From positions 31,871 to 95,870 of the forward strand of contig DAOURK010000002.1 of assembly GCA_030625085.1 (NCBI GenBank): 64,000 bases of DNA, in the 5' to 3' direction. The notes under the pieces are model-generated. The model made no database searches and had not been told where the DNA came from. It worked only from the letters and a program-made list of their open reading frames with translations. The position numbers were made by a program, and so were the translations under genes. Source of the stretch: Pseudomonadota bacterium. GTDB taxonomy: Bacteria > SZUA-182 > DTGQ01. Below are positions 9,749-19,657 of this stretch, piece after piece (position 1 is the first letter of the stretch; the number at the start of each line of letters is the position of its first letter).

Positions 9749-11221
9749 ATGAAAAATGTATGTTCATTAAGTTTAATCTTTCTTTTGTTATTCCTTTTTT
9801 CTACTTCTTGTCAAGGCAAAGAGGAGCTTGCCAAAAAAAAAGGGAAAAAAATTAGACTGCCGGTAGTAGCAGGTCAATTTTATCCCGGTGATAAAGCCAA
9901 GCTTTCAGGGATGATCCGACAATTTTTTCAAGAAGCCAAAGGGGCCTCTATATCCGGAAGAATTAATGGCATTGTATCGCCTCATGCCGGATATATTTAT
10001 TCCGGGATTGTTGCCGCAGCAGGCTTTAAAGAAATCGACCCAAAAATCAAAACAGTTTTTGTTCTTGCTCCCAGCCATTCAGTAAGTGCCCGAAAAGCCT
10101 CCATCCCGGAGGTTGATTATTACCAGACCCCCCTGGGCGACATTCCGCTTTCTCCAATTGCCGCTACTCTGCGCAAGCAAGATCTTTTCTCTCCCCTCCC
10201 CCTCATGCATCAAAGAGAACATTCGCTGGAGGTACAACTGCCTTTTTTGCAAGAAGTACTAAAAGATTTTGAATTAATTCCTATTGTTGTGGGTCAGACA
10301 AATCCGAAACCCATTGCCGAAGCCCTGCTCCCTTATATTGGAGATGATACCCTGATTGTGGCCAGCTCAGATCTTTCTCACTATTATCCATACGAAAAAG
10401 CCAAAGCCCTGGATAAGGTTTGTACAGAGGCTATGACCAGTTTAAATTTTAAGCAAATGGCTGAATGTGAGGCTTGTGGCAAAATCCCTGTAATGGTCCT
10501 CATGGAGATCGCTCAGCAAAAGGGATGGAAGGGGAAATTGATTGATTATCAAAATTCAGGAGACACAGCCGGCTCTAAAGATCAGGTGGTAGGGTACACC
10601 AGCATTGCCTTTATCAGCGAAACACAAAAAGCAGAGGCTGAAGATAAGAAAAATAGAGAATCAGTCACTGAGACAGATCAAAAAACACTCTTGCATCTTG
10701 CCCGCCATACCATAGCCGAGGTATTATCCGGCGGCAAAAAAGTCTCCCCTCTTGAAAAAGACCTTTCTCCCTATTTAAAGGAAAAACGGGGTTGCTTTGT
10801 CACTTTGCATAAAAAAGGCGCCTTGCGAGGATGTATAGGCTCTATTCTTCCCGAGGACCAATTGTGCGACTGCGTGCAGGAAAATGCTCTAAATGCCGCC
10901 TTCCATGACCCCAGGTTTTCTCCTTTGAAAAAAGATGAACTGGATCAAATTGATATAGAAATTAGTATCCTCACCCTTCCCCAAGAAATTCATTTTACTG
11001 ATGGTAAGGATTTAAAACGGCAATTACGCCCGGAGCGAGACGGGATAATTCTCAGCCAGGGATGGCATCGTGCCACCTACCTTCCTCAGGTTTGGGAACA
11101 GTTGCCGGACAAAGAAAATTTTCTGGCAAGTCTTTGTCGTAAAGCCGGTCTCCCTGTGGACGCCTGGAAAGACCCAAAAACCAAGATAGAACTCTATGAG
11201 GCCATTGTCTTTTCAGAATAG
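9749..11221 (+). CDS. Fused AmmeMemoRadiSam protein B (Memo/MEMO1-like) and protein A (AMMECR1 domain), with a signal peptide and probable lipoprotein anchor
   Basis: The N-terminal signal runs MKNVCSLSLIFLLLFLFSTSC. The Memo-family core is VVAGQFYPGD...SPHAGYIYSG...DLSHY. The C-terminal AMMECR1 domain includes RGCFVTLHKKGALRGCIGS. Confidence 0.75.
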   Translation: MKNVCSLSLIFLLLFLFSTSCQGKEELAKKKGKKIRLPVVAGQFYPGDKAKLSGMIRQFFQEAKGASISGRINGIVSPHAGYIYSGIVAAAGFKEIDPKIKTVFVLAPSHSVSARKASIPEVDYYQTPLGDIPLSPIAATLRKQDLFSPLPLMHQREHSLEVQLPFLQEVLKDFELIPIVVGQTNPKPIAEALLPYIGDDTLIVASSDLSHYYPYEKAKALDKVCTEAMTSLNFKQMAECEACGKIPVMVLMEIAQQKGWKGKLIDYQNSGDTAGSKDQVVGYTSIAFISETQKAEAEDKKNRESVTETDQKTLLHLARHTIAEVLSGGKKVSPLEKDLSPYLKEKRGCFVTLHKKGALRGCIGSILPEDQLCDCVQENALNAAFHDPRFSPLKKDELDQIDIEISILTLPQEIHFTDGKDLKRQLRPERDGIILSQGWHRATYLPQVWEQLPDKENFLASLCRKAGLPVDAWKDPKTKIELYEAIVFSE

Positions 11222-11386
11222 AGATTATATATGACTCTGTTGATTTTAGTCCAAAATTGAGTGTTTTTTTGCGAAAAAAGCACTCATAACACTTTGTTTT
11301 TATTAAAGTACAATTTTAGCAATTTTATAAAATCATAGTAAATCAACGGAGTCATATATCGATAGATAAAATTTTACAAAAAATAT

Positions 11387-12253
11387 ATGGAATGTAATTG
11401 CTGCCCCTTTGAATGTCGAGTGGACCGGATTTCTCAATTTGGCGTCTGCGGGGCCCCGGATAAATTCAAAATCGCCAGCATTATGGCCCACTTTTGGGAG
11501 GAGCCTTGCCTCAGTGGAACCCGTGGCTCAGGCACAGTATTTTTCTCACACTGCAATGCCTCTTGCCTTTTTTGCCAGAATTACCAAATCTCGCAACTTC
11601 ATAAAGGGAAAATATATCAGGATGAGCAGTTTATTACTACCTGCCAAAAATTCATCGAGACCTCCGGTGTTCACAATCTTAACCTGGTTTCTCCCACTCA
11701 TTATACAGCCCGCCTGATCAAGGTCTTACCCCGATTAAAGAAAAAAATCAGCGTTCCCATTATTTGGAATAGTAACGGCTATGAAAAAGAAACCTTTATT
11801 AAAAAACTGGAAGGCCTGGTGGATATCTTTCTCCCTGATTTTAAATATTTTGATAATGCTTTGGCTGTCAGATGTTCCCATCTTCCCGATTATTTCCACT
11901 ATGCCTCCCGAGCCATTGGGGCTATGAAAAAAATCGTCAATAAACCTGTTTTTAATCAAGAAGGAATAATGCAAAGAGGGCTTATTATCCGCCACCTGAT
12001 CTTACCGGGACACGGAGAAGACAGTAAAAAAATCCTGACGTGGATTGCAAAAAATCTGGGAACAAAAACCTATATTTCGCTCATGGCCCAATATTATCCT
12101 GCCTATCGAGCTCATGAAATCCCTGAACTTAATCGACGACTTACCCTTGAAGAGTATAAGGATGTGGAAGATTGCTTTCTGGAATTGGGCTTTCAAAATG
12201 GATTTTGTCAAGAATTGGATGCAAATTCCCCGGAATATACACCAGAATTCTAA
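11387..12253 (+). CDS. Radical SAM enzyme of the PflX type (PFL-activating-enzyme-like, COG1313)
   Basis: There is an N-terminal Cys cluster CNCCPFEC, and a CNASCLFC radical SAM motif followed by QNYQIS. Confidence 0.65.
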   Translation: MECNCCPFECRVDRISQFGVCGAPDKFKIASIMAHFWEEPCLSGTRGSGTVFFSHCNASCLFCQNYQISQLHKGKIYQDEQFITTCQKFIETSGVHNLNLVSPTHYTARLIKVLPRLKKKISVPIIWNSNGYEKETFIKKLEGLVDIFLPDFKYFDNALAVRCSHLPDYFHYASRAIGAMKKIVNKPVFNQEGIMQRGLIIRHLILPGHGEDSKKILTWIAKNLGTKTYISLMAQYYPAYRAHEIPELNRRLTLEEYKDVEDCFLELGFQNGFCQELDANSPEYTPEF

Positions 12254-12410
12254 AATTAGATAGAATTTACAGGATTAACAAAAATTTTTTCCTGTCCATC
12301 CTGTAAATCTTGTCAAAAAAAAGGGGCCTTTACAGCGATTTTCATCATGGACTCTATTCCCATAAAAGTTGACGAAATGTTCGCTGAAGAAAGCTGGCTC
12401 CTTGGCTCCT

Positions 12411-12439
12411 TGACAATTATACTCTGTTTTCTTATAGTT
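12411..12439 (+). promoter_or_regulatory. Sigma-70-type promoter candidate for pyrF
   Basis: TTGACA (12411-12416), a 17-nt spacer, then TATAGT (12434-12439). GGAGGG lies at 12464-12469 and the TTG start at 12474. Confidence 0.4.
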
Positions 12440-12473
12440 GCTAGATTAGAAAAGATAAAAGCGGAGGGTAAAA

Positions 12474-13238
12474 TTGCAGCTTACACCAAAAGAACTTCTG
12501 CTGAAGAAAAAAATTTGCCTGCCTTTAGACGGGCTAACCACTTTAAAAGAAATTAAGGCACGAGTGGAAGAATTAAGCCCTGTGGTAGGCTTATTTAAAA
12601 TCGGCAAGGAAACTTTTACCCGTTTCGGTCCGAAAGTAGTGGAATTAATCAAAAATTATGAGGCCGAAGTCTTTTTAGACTTAAAATACCATGACATTCC
12701 AAATACTGCCTGCGGGGCAGCCGAAGCGGCTACTCAACTGGGGGTCTCCATATTCAATATCCACGCCTCCGGAGGTCTCTCAATGATGAAAGCAACTATG
12801 GAAGGGGTGCATAAGGCAGCAGATACATATGGAGTTGCACGTCCCAAAGTGATTGCCGTAACTGTTCTCACCAGCATTGACCAATACGTCTTCAATCATG
12901 AGATGCGCATCCAGGGAAAAATTGAGGAGCAGGTATTACATTTGGCCAAATTAGCTCAAAAAGCCGGATTGAATGGAATCGTGTGCTCTGCCGGAGATCT
13001 TTTGGCCATTAAAAAACACCTTCCCAAAGATTTTCTCTACGTGACCCCCGGAATTAAGGGACCGCATATACCTGCCGGATCAGATCAAAAAAGAGTGGTT
13101 ACTCCGGGAGAAGCAATCAAACTGGGGGCCTCCATTCTCGTTATTGGACGGGCTATTACCAGCCCCCCAACCCCGAAGGCCCGTTTAGAGGCAGGACATG
13201 CTGTTTTGCATGATATGGCCCGATTCGCCCCCGCCTAG
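12474..13238 (+). CDS. pyrF: Orotidine 5'-phosphate decarboxylase
   Basis: The ORF uses a TTG start. It carries the OMP decarboxylase motifs DLKYHDIPNT and the phosphate-binding GR loop. It has the length typical of type-1 PyrF. Confidence 0.8.
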   Translation: MQLTPKELLLKKKICLPLDGLTTLKEIKARVEELSPVVGLFKIGKETFTRFGPKVVELIKNYEAEVFLDLKYHDIPNTACGAAEAATQLGVSIFNIHASGGLSMMKATMEGVHKAADTYGVARPKVIAVTVLTSIDQYVFNHEMRIQGKIEEQVLHLAKLAQKAGLNGIVCSAGDLLAIKKHLPKDFLYVTPGIKGPHIPAGSDQKRVVTPGEAIKLGASILVIGRAITSPPTPKARLEAGHAVLHDMARFAPA

Positions 13239-13585
13239 CCTCAGATACTCACTTGCCATAACATCCGGCCTACCCACCCGGTAACCACCCTCTGCACTTT
13301 GTTACAGCATAAACAAAAAATCTCGGTCAATTACCCGGCAATTCTTATTATAAACTCTATTGGAATGAGAGTTGGAAAAAGATTCGCTGAATAGAAAAAC
13401 TTTTTCTAAAGCTCCTTAGTGAAGCAAAACTGTTAACATCATAATTAATCTTATATTTCACCCCATCGGGACGATAATATTTGTAAGGAGGATTTTATCT
13501 AAAAATCACGCACGGTAGAAACTCCCCGCCCCCTCCCTTTATAGAGGGTTAGATAAGTGGTTTAAAAAAATCCAAAAGGATATCT

Positions 13586-15370
13586 ATGAAAGAGCGACTT
13601 GGAGAACTTCTTCTTAAAGCAAAATTGATCAACGAAGAACAACTCAAAAAGGGATTGGAAGAACAAAAAAAATGCGGCGGACGGCTTGGCTTCAATCTGA
13701 TTAATCTGGGTTTTCTGAAAGAAGAAGATATTCTTTGGTTTTTAAGTAAGCAATATGGTGTCCCCACCATCAATCTGAACAATTTTGAGGTGGATGAGCA
13801 AACCACCAAACTTATTCCAAAAGATCTAGCCAAAAAATACAGTTGTATTCCCATTAGTCTCATGGCAGGCACTTTAACTATAGCCATGGTTGACCCCTCC
13901 AATGTTTTTGCCATCGATGATATCAAATTCCTGACAGGATATTCGGTAGAAACGGTGGTCACTTCAGAGTCTTCCTTTAAAAAATCCTTTGAAAAATATT
14001 ACCGCAAAAAGAAAACCCCCAATATGGAAATTAATGCCAAGGATTACGACTTTGAAGATCAAGAATTTTCAGATGGCAGTGAATTTAACGAAGAATTTGA
14101 CGACTCTACGGTGGATGTTGATGATTTTGATAATATTGTCAAAGGCGCGATTGATGATGTAGAGGTAGTGGAAGAACAAGAGGAAAATGGTGTCCTGGAT
14201 GTTGATGCCCCAATTGTTAAATTGGTAAACGGCATTTTGATTAAGGCTATTAAGATGGGGGTGAGTGATATCCACATTGAACCTTACGAAAAAGCCTTTC
14301 GGGTTCGCTACCGACTGGATGGGACCTTACGCAAAGTTATGGGTTTGCCGCTAAAAATTAAAAACGCTGTAGTTTCCCGAATAAAAATCATGTCAAAGCT
14401 GGATATTGCCGAAAAACGACTTCCCCAAGACGGTCGTATTAAACTAAAGTTTGGCAAAAAAAGAGACATGGATTTTCGCGTATCAGTACTCCCCACTATC
14501 TTCGGGGAAAAAGTGGTCATGCGTTTACTGGATAAATCTAATTTGCAATTGGATATGACCAAATTGGGATTTGAATCCAAATCTCTGGAATTGTTTCAAG
14601 AAGCTATTCAAAGCCCCTATGGCATGGTCCTGGTGACCGGGCCTACAGGAAGCGGTAAAACAACAACTCTTTACTCGGCTATGAGTCAGCTCAATAAAGA
14701 AGATACTAATTTATTGACAGCCGAGGACCCGGTAGAATTTAATTTACTCGGCATTAATCAAGTGCAGGTAAGAGAGCAAATCGGCTTCACTTTTGCGGCC
14801 GCCTTAAGATCCTTTCTGCGACAAGATCCCGATGTGGTCATGGTGGGAGAAATCCGAGATGCGGAAACTGCAGAAATAGGCATCAAGGCTGCTTTAACCG
14901 GTCATCTGGTTTTAAGTACTCTTCATACAAATGATGCTCCCGGCACTATTGGCCGATTATTGAATATGGGGATGGAACCTTTTCTGGTTTCTTCATCTGT
15001 AATTTTAATTGTTGCTCAGCGATTGGCTCGAAAAATCTGCTCCGGCTGTCAAAAAGAAATCAAAGTGCCGGAAAAAGCACTGCTTGATGTGGGATTCTCT
15101 GAAGAAGAATTAAGCGCCTTAAAAATTTACCGGGGCCAAGGCTGTAGCGACTGTGCCGGCACAGGATACAAAGGACGGTTAGCCCTCTATGAAGTTATGA
15201 AAATTACCGAACAAATAAAAGAACTTATCTTAACCGGGGCTTCAATTAATGAAATTAAAAGACAGGCACGCGCGGGGGGAATGGAAACTCTTCGGGACAG
15301 CGGATTACAAAAAATCCGACAAGGAATTATTACTATAGAGGAAGTGCTGCGGGTAACTGTAGCCAATTAA
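13586..15370 (+). CDS. pilB: Type IV pilus assembly ATPase PilB (GspE family)
   Basis: N-terminal T2SSE_N domain, Walker A GPTGSGKTTT, the tetracysteine CSGC...CSDC motif, and a C-terminal GspE signature. Confidence 0.85.
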   Translation: MKERLGELLLKAKLINEEQLKKGLEEQKKCGGRLGFNLINLGFLKEEDILWFLSKQYGVPTINLNNFEVDEQTTKLIPKDLAKKYSCIPISLMAGTLTIAMVDPSNVFAIDDIKFLTGYSVETVVTSESSFKKSFEKYYRKKKTPNMEINAKDYDFEDQEFSDGSEFNEEFDDSTVDVDDFDNIVKGAIDDVEVVEEQEENGVLDVDAPIVKLVNGILIKAIKMGVSDIHIEPYEKAFRVRYRLDGTLRKVMGLPLKIKNAVVSRIKIMSKLDIAEKRLPQDGRIKLKFGKKRDMDFRVSVLPTIFGEKVVMRLLDKSNLQLDMTKLGFESKSLELFQEAIQSPYGMVLVTGPTGSGKTTTLYSAMSQLNKEDTNLLTAEDPVEFNLLGINQVQVREQIGFTFAAALRSFLRQDPDVVMVGEIRDAETAEIGIKAALTGHLVLSTLHTNDAPGTIGRLLNMGMEPFLVSSSVILIVAQRLARKICSGCQKEIKVPEKALLDVGFSEEELSALKIYRGQGCSDCAGTGYKGRLALYEVMKITEQIKELILTGASINEIKRQARAGGMETLRDSGLQKIRQGIITIEEVLRVTVAN

Positions 15371-15476
15371 AAAATTAAAAGATAATTCATCCCAGAGCAC
15401 ACAGAGAACGAAGAGATGATAAAAGCAGGTTGGGTAATTTTTACAGCAGACTATCGTAAAATTAAAAAATAAAATT

Positions 15477-16703
15477 ATGAAAACTGATTCAATAATGACA
15501 AACTACAAGAAAAAAAATATCGTTCTCAAAAACCTTTTAGAAACCATGCGTGCCACCAAGGCATCGGACCTCCATCTTACTCCCGGCATCCCTCCCCATG
15601 TAAGAATTAATGGGGAAATCCACCAATTAGACTATCCTCTCTTGACTCCCCAAGATACCCAATATCTAGCTTATAGCATTCTCAACGAAGAACAAAGAAA
15701 TAAACTCAAAAAAAACTATGAACTTGACCTTTCCTTTGGGTTTGAAGGGTTGAGCCGTTTCCGAGTCAACATTTATTTGCAAAGAGGCACCCTGGCCCTG
15801 GCCATACGGAGCATCCCCTTTACCATCCCTCATTTTGAGGAATTGAATCTTCCCCTGATTGTAACTGATTTATGTAAAAAAAACAGAGGACTTGTTCTGG
15901 TGACCGGTCCTACAGGAAGCGGGAAATCAACTACTCTGGCAGCCATGATAGAGTGGATCAATACCCATTTTCGAAAACATATTGTAACAGTGGAAGACCC
16001 CATTGAGTATATCCATAATTACAAAAAAAGTATCATCAATCAACGGGAATTACATACGGACACTCTCTCTTTCGGCAAAGCACTGCGATCGGTCTTAAGA
16101 GAAGACCCCGATATAGTTATGATTGGTGAGATGCGCGATTTAGAGACCGTAGAAGCAGCTTTAACCATTGCCGAAACAGGGCACCTGACTTTGGCCACCC
16201 TGCACACAGACTCTTGTATCCAATCAATTAATCGTATTATTGACATTTTCCCCCCTCATCACCACCATCAGGTCCGAACCCAACTCTCATTCCTGCTGGA
16301 GGGGATACTTTGCCAGCAACTTGTGCCAAAAAAAGAAGAGCCTGGTTTAATATTAGCGATGGAAATCTTGCTATCCAATCATGCAGTTTGTAATCTGATT
16401 CGGGAAAATCAGATCCAACAAATCTATAGCTCCATACAAACGGGAAACATAAAATATGGTATGCAAACCATGAATCAATCGCTTTTTTCACTTTATCAAT
16501 CTGATCTCATCAGCAAAAAAACAGCTCAAGAAAAATCCCTCTATCCGGATGAACTCATCCAGATGATGCAAAATCACGATCACATGAAAAAGGGAGAAAA
16601 AGAACAATGCCCATATTTCAATACACCGGCAAAACCATGCAAGGAAAATCTGTTAAGGGAGAAATCGAAGCTGAGGATTCCAAACAGGCGGCCCTGGAAT
16701 TAA
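15477..16703 (+). CDS. pilT: Twitching-motility retraction ATPase PilT, with a C-terminal extension of about 45 aa that overlaps pilC
   Basis: ASDLHL, GPTGSGKSTT, and the PilT-type core are present. The ORF runs about 97 nt into pilC in another frame. Confidence 0.85.
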   Translation: MKTDSIMTNYKKKNIVLKNLLETMRATKASDLHLTPGIPPHVRINGEIHQLDYPLLTPQDTQYLAYSILNEEQRNKLKKNYELDLSFGFEGLSRFRVNIYLQRGTLALAIRSIPFTIPHFEELNLPLIVTDLCKKNRGLVLVTGPTGSGKSTTLAAMIEWINTHFRKHIVTVEDPIEYIHNYKKSIINQRELHTDTLSFGKALRSVLREDPDIVMIGEMRDLETVEAALTIAETGHLTLATLHTDSCIQSINRIIDIFPPHHHHQVRTQLSFLLEGILCQQLVPKKEEPGLILAMEILLSNHAVCNLIRENQIQQIYSSIQTGNIKYGMQTMNQSLFSLYQSDLISKKTAQEKSLYPDELIQMMQNHDHMKKGEKEQCPYFNTPAKPCKENLLREKSKLRIPNRRPWN

Positions 16704-17815
16704 GAAAACAGGCTATCGTTGCCACTGGCCTCAAAAAGAAAGCCAAACCAATCAAAATTAAAATCCCTGGCCTGGGCGAAAAAGTCACCGTCCGTGATAT
16801 TGTCATCTTTACCAGGCAACTTTCCACTATGATTGACGCGGGACTCCCCTTAATGCAATGTCTGGAAATTCTCTGTCAACAGACAGAGAATAAAAAATTA
16901 GCCCAATCGGTTAAGGAAGTGAAACAATCAGTTGAAGGAGGGACTTCTTTTGCCGATGCCCTTAAAAAACACCCCAAAGTCTTTGATGGCCTGTATGTCA
17001 ATATGGTGGATGCCGGTGAACTGGGGGGCATTCTGGATACCATTCTCACCAGACTATCTATTTACATTGAACGAGCCATGAATCTGAAGAAAAAAGTCAA
17101 AACCGCTATGGTTTATCCAATCACTATCTTGGTAGTGGCTGTAGTTATTGTGGCCGGTTTGCTCATCTTTGTGATTCCCCAATTTGTCAACCTTTTCACC
17201 AGCTTTGGCGGAGATCTTCCCACTCCAACCCGCCTGGTCATTGTTGCCAGTAACTTCCTGGGCGGTTGGGGAGGAGGAATTGTTTTTCTGTCTTTGACCA
17301 CTTCCATCATCCTATTAAAAAAGGCTTACAAGACAGATAATGGGCAAATGGCCATAGATCAGTTCATGTTGAAAACCCCGGTTTTTGGCATTTTAATCCG
17401 CAAAGTGGCTGTAGCCAAATTTTCACGTACCCTTGGCACCCTTATTAGCAGCGGTGTGCCACTATTGGATGCTCTGGATATTACCTCCAAAACAGCCGGC
17501 AATAAGGTAGTGGAAAGAGCCCTGATTACAACCAAATGCAGTATAACTGAAGGCAAAACCATGGCCGAGCCACTTACCCAGACAGGGGTTTTCCCCCCGA
17601 TGGTAGTGCAGATGATTACTGTAGGGGAAACCACCGGAGCCTTGGACATTATGCTGGCAAAAATTGCCGATTTTTATGATGATGAGGTGGATGTGGCAGT
17701 AGAAGCCTTAACTTCCATGTTGGAGCCGATGCTCATGGTCTTTCTGGGTGTAGTGGTAGGTTTTATCGTCATAGCTATGTATTTACCCATATTCAAATTA
17801 GCTGCCATCATGTAG
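16607..17815 (+). CDS. pilC: Type IV pilus inner-membrane platform protein PilC (GspF family)
   Basis: It starts MPIFQYTGK. It has two GspF repeats and three transmembrane segments. Confidence 0.85.
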   Translation: MPIFQYTGKTMQGKSVKGEIEAEDSKQAALELRKQAIVATGLKKKAKPIKIKIPGLGEKVTVRDIVIFTRQLSTMIDAGLPLMQCLEILCQQTENKKLAQSVKEVKQSVEGGTSFADALKKHPKVFDGLYVNMVDAGELGGILDTILTRLSIYIERAMNLKKKVKTAMVYPITILVVAVVIVAGLLIFVIPQFVNLFTSFGGDLPTPTRLVIVASNFLGGWGGGIVFLSLTTSIILLKKAYKTDNGQMAIDQFMLKTPVFGILIRKVAVAKFSRTLGTLISSGVPLLDALDITSKTAGNKVVERALITTKCSITEGKTMAEPLTQTGVFPPMVVQMITVGETTGALDIMLAKIADFYDDEVDVAVEALTSMLEPMLMVFLGVVVGFIVIAMYLPIFKLAAIM

Positions 17816-17965
17816 GTTAATGTTCAGTGATGAATAATGTATTCGCCGGATTCCTGCTTTCGCAGGAGTAACAAATTAATTTATTTCCCGGCTACTCCTC
17901 TGAAAGCGCGTTTCTAAAGGCTTTAAAATGAACATATAATCGTTAAGTGAGGAATGAACTGAGTC

Positions 17966-19657
17966 TTGAGTATACAAAAATCTAACCATTTATCCTCAAC
18001 AGAACAAAATCTGCTCTTAAAAATTAAATGGCTGACCATTATCAGGATAATAGTGGCCACTATTATCTTAGGTTCCATCACCATCCTGCAAATTAAACAA
18101 ACTCAAACCTCCCTTTTCCCTTTCTATTCCTTAATTGCCATAATCTATTTATTGACCGCTCTCTACGGCTTTATCATTCGTTTTGAACCGAAGCCCGTCC
18201 CTTTTGCCTACACCCAGCTCATTGGAGATATTATTATCGAAACTGCGCTCATTTTTTATACCGGCGGCATCAGAAGTCCCTTCTCCTTCACCTATATTAT
18301 TACGATCATTAGCGCCAGCATCATCTTATCTCGAAAAAGCAGTATAATTATGGCTACTTTAAATAGTCTGAGCTATATCTCCTTGCTTTCTTTGCAATTC
18401 ACCGGCTTGCTGAAGTTTCCCCAAATCTATGTATCTGAAGGGATACAATTAAATTTGCCCTATGTCTCCTATACTCTTTTTGCTAATATCTTTGCCTTCT
18501 ATCTCATCGCTTTTCTCTGCGGTCATCTGGCGGAACTGCAACGAAAAGTGGACAAAGAACTGAAAACCAAGGATGGAAATATTGCGCAACTTCAAACCTT
18601 TAATGAAAATATCCTCCAGAGTATGAGCAGCGGCCTGATTGTTACAGATCTTTCCGGTAAAATCAGGCTGATGAACCGATCGGCTGTCCGTATTCTCGCT
18701 CCTTCGCCTTTAAAACAAAACAACGGCCAAAGGTTCTGGAATCAAATCTTCCACCCCCTTAAAATTGAAAAACTCTTTCTTCAGATGAAAAAACAGAAAA
18801 AAAATTCTTTGCGGCTGGATACTCTGATAACAAAGGATAAACAAAAAATTCCCCTTGGCATTACCATCTCCTTCTTAAAAACTCCCCAAGGGGAGGCGGA
18901 AGGGATGATCACAAATTTCCAAGACCTGACGGATTTAAAAAAGATGGAAGAACAAATTAAACAAGCGGAAATGCTGGCTACTATCGGCCAAATGTCGGCG
19001 AGTATGGCCCATGAGTTGCGCAATCCCATGGCCTCGATTAAGGGCTCTGTTCAATTTCTCAATGATGAGCTTCACCTGGACCAACACCATAAACGGCTGA
19101 TGGAAATTATTCTTAAAGAATCTGATCGATTAAATATGATTATCACCGACTTTCTGGATTATGCCAAACCCAAACCCCCCACCAAGGATAAATGCTCCAT
19201 TCAGGATTTAGTCCAAGAGACCATTATGCTCATCCAAAATAATCAGGAATTCAGAAAAGATATTAAAATCATTACTGATGTGCCTCCTTCCTTGCCGCCG
19301 ATTGAAGCAGACCCGGGGCAAATCAAACAAGTTTTCTGGAATCTGGCCATTAATGCCTGCCAGGCAATGCCTGGGGGGGGTATATTACAACTACGTATAC
19401 GGCAAGACGGTGATAGCTTTCTCCTGATAGAATTTGCCGATACCGGCCTTGGTATTTCCGTGGATAAAATCAAAAAACTTTTCCATCCCTTTTATACCAC
19501 CAAAGAAAAGGGCATGGGTTTGGGGTTAAGTGTTGCCTACCGAATTATTGAAGAACATATGGGAAAAATTGAGGTGATCAGCGCTCCTGGTGAGGGGAGC
19601 AACTTTAAAGTATTTTTACCCTCTAAATCAAAAGCTTTGCTGGGGGCTGCAGCATGA
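17966..19657 (+). CDS. pilS: PilS-like membrane sensor histidine kinase
   Basis: Six N-terminal transmembrane helices, a PAS-like region, the H-box MAHELRNPM, and the N/G boxes (NLAINACQAM, DTGLGIS, GMGLGLS). Confidence 0.75.
   Translation: MSIQKSNHLSSTEQNLLLKIKWLTIIRIIVATIILGSITILQIKQTQTSLFPFYSLIAIIYLLTALYGFIIRFEPKPVPFAYTQLIGDIIIETALIFYTGGIRSPFSFTYIITIISASIILSRKSSIIMATLNSLSYISLLSLQFTGLLKFPQIYVSEGIQLNLPYVSYTLFANIFAFYLIAFLCGHLAELQRKVDKELKTKDGNIAQLQTFNENILQSMSSGLIVTDLSGKIRLMNRSAVRILAPSPLKQNNGQRFWNQIFHPLKIEKLFLQMKKQKKNSLRLDTLITKDKQKIPLGITISFLKTPQGEAEGMITNFQDLTDLKKMEEQIKQAEMLATIGQMSASMAHELRNPMASIKGSVQFLNDELHLDQHHKRLMEIILKESDRLNMIITDFLDYAKPKPPTKDKCSIQDLVQETIMLIQNNQEFRKDIKIITDVPPSLPPIEADPGQIKQVFWNLAINACQAMPGGGILQLRIRQDGDSFLLIEFADTGLGISVDKIKKLFHPFYTTKEKGMGLGLSVAYRIIEEHMGKIEVISAPGEGSNFKVFLPSKSKALLGAAA

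Noticed and set aside
12347-12556. 69-aa ORF upstream of and overlapping pyrF
   Set aside because: It spans the predicted pyrF promoter and RBS and overlaps the pyrF start. It contains a family-C repeat fragment and has no recognisable features.
13549-14580. Minus-strand ORFs antisense to pilB (13549..13962, 14059..14277, 14069..14275, 14308..14580)
   Set aside because: They are fully embedded in the strongly supported pilB coding sequence. Their products are low-complexity and have no homology.
16607-16703. Possible frameshift joining pilT and pilC
   Set aside because: Both genes are complete in their own frames with proper N- and C-terminal motifs. The overlap is kept as an observation, not called a pseudogene.
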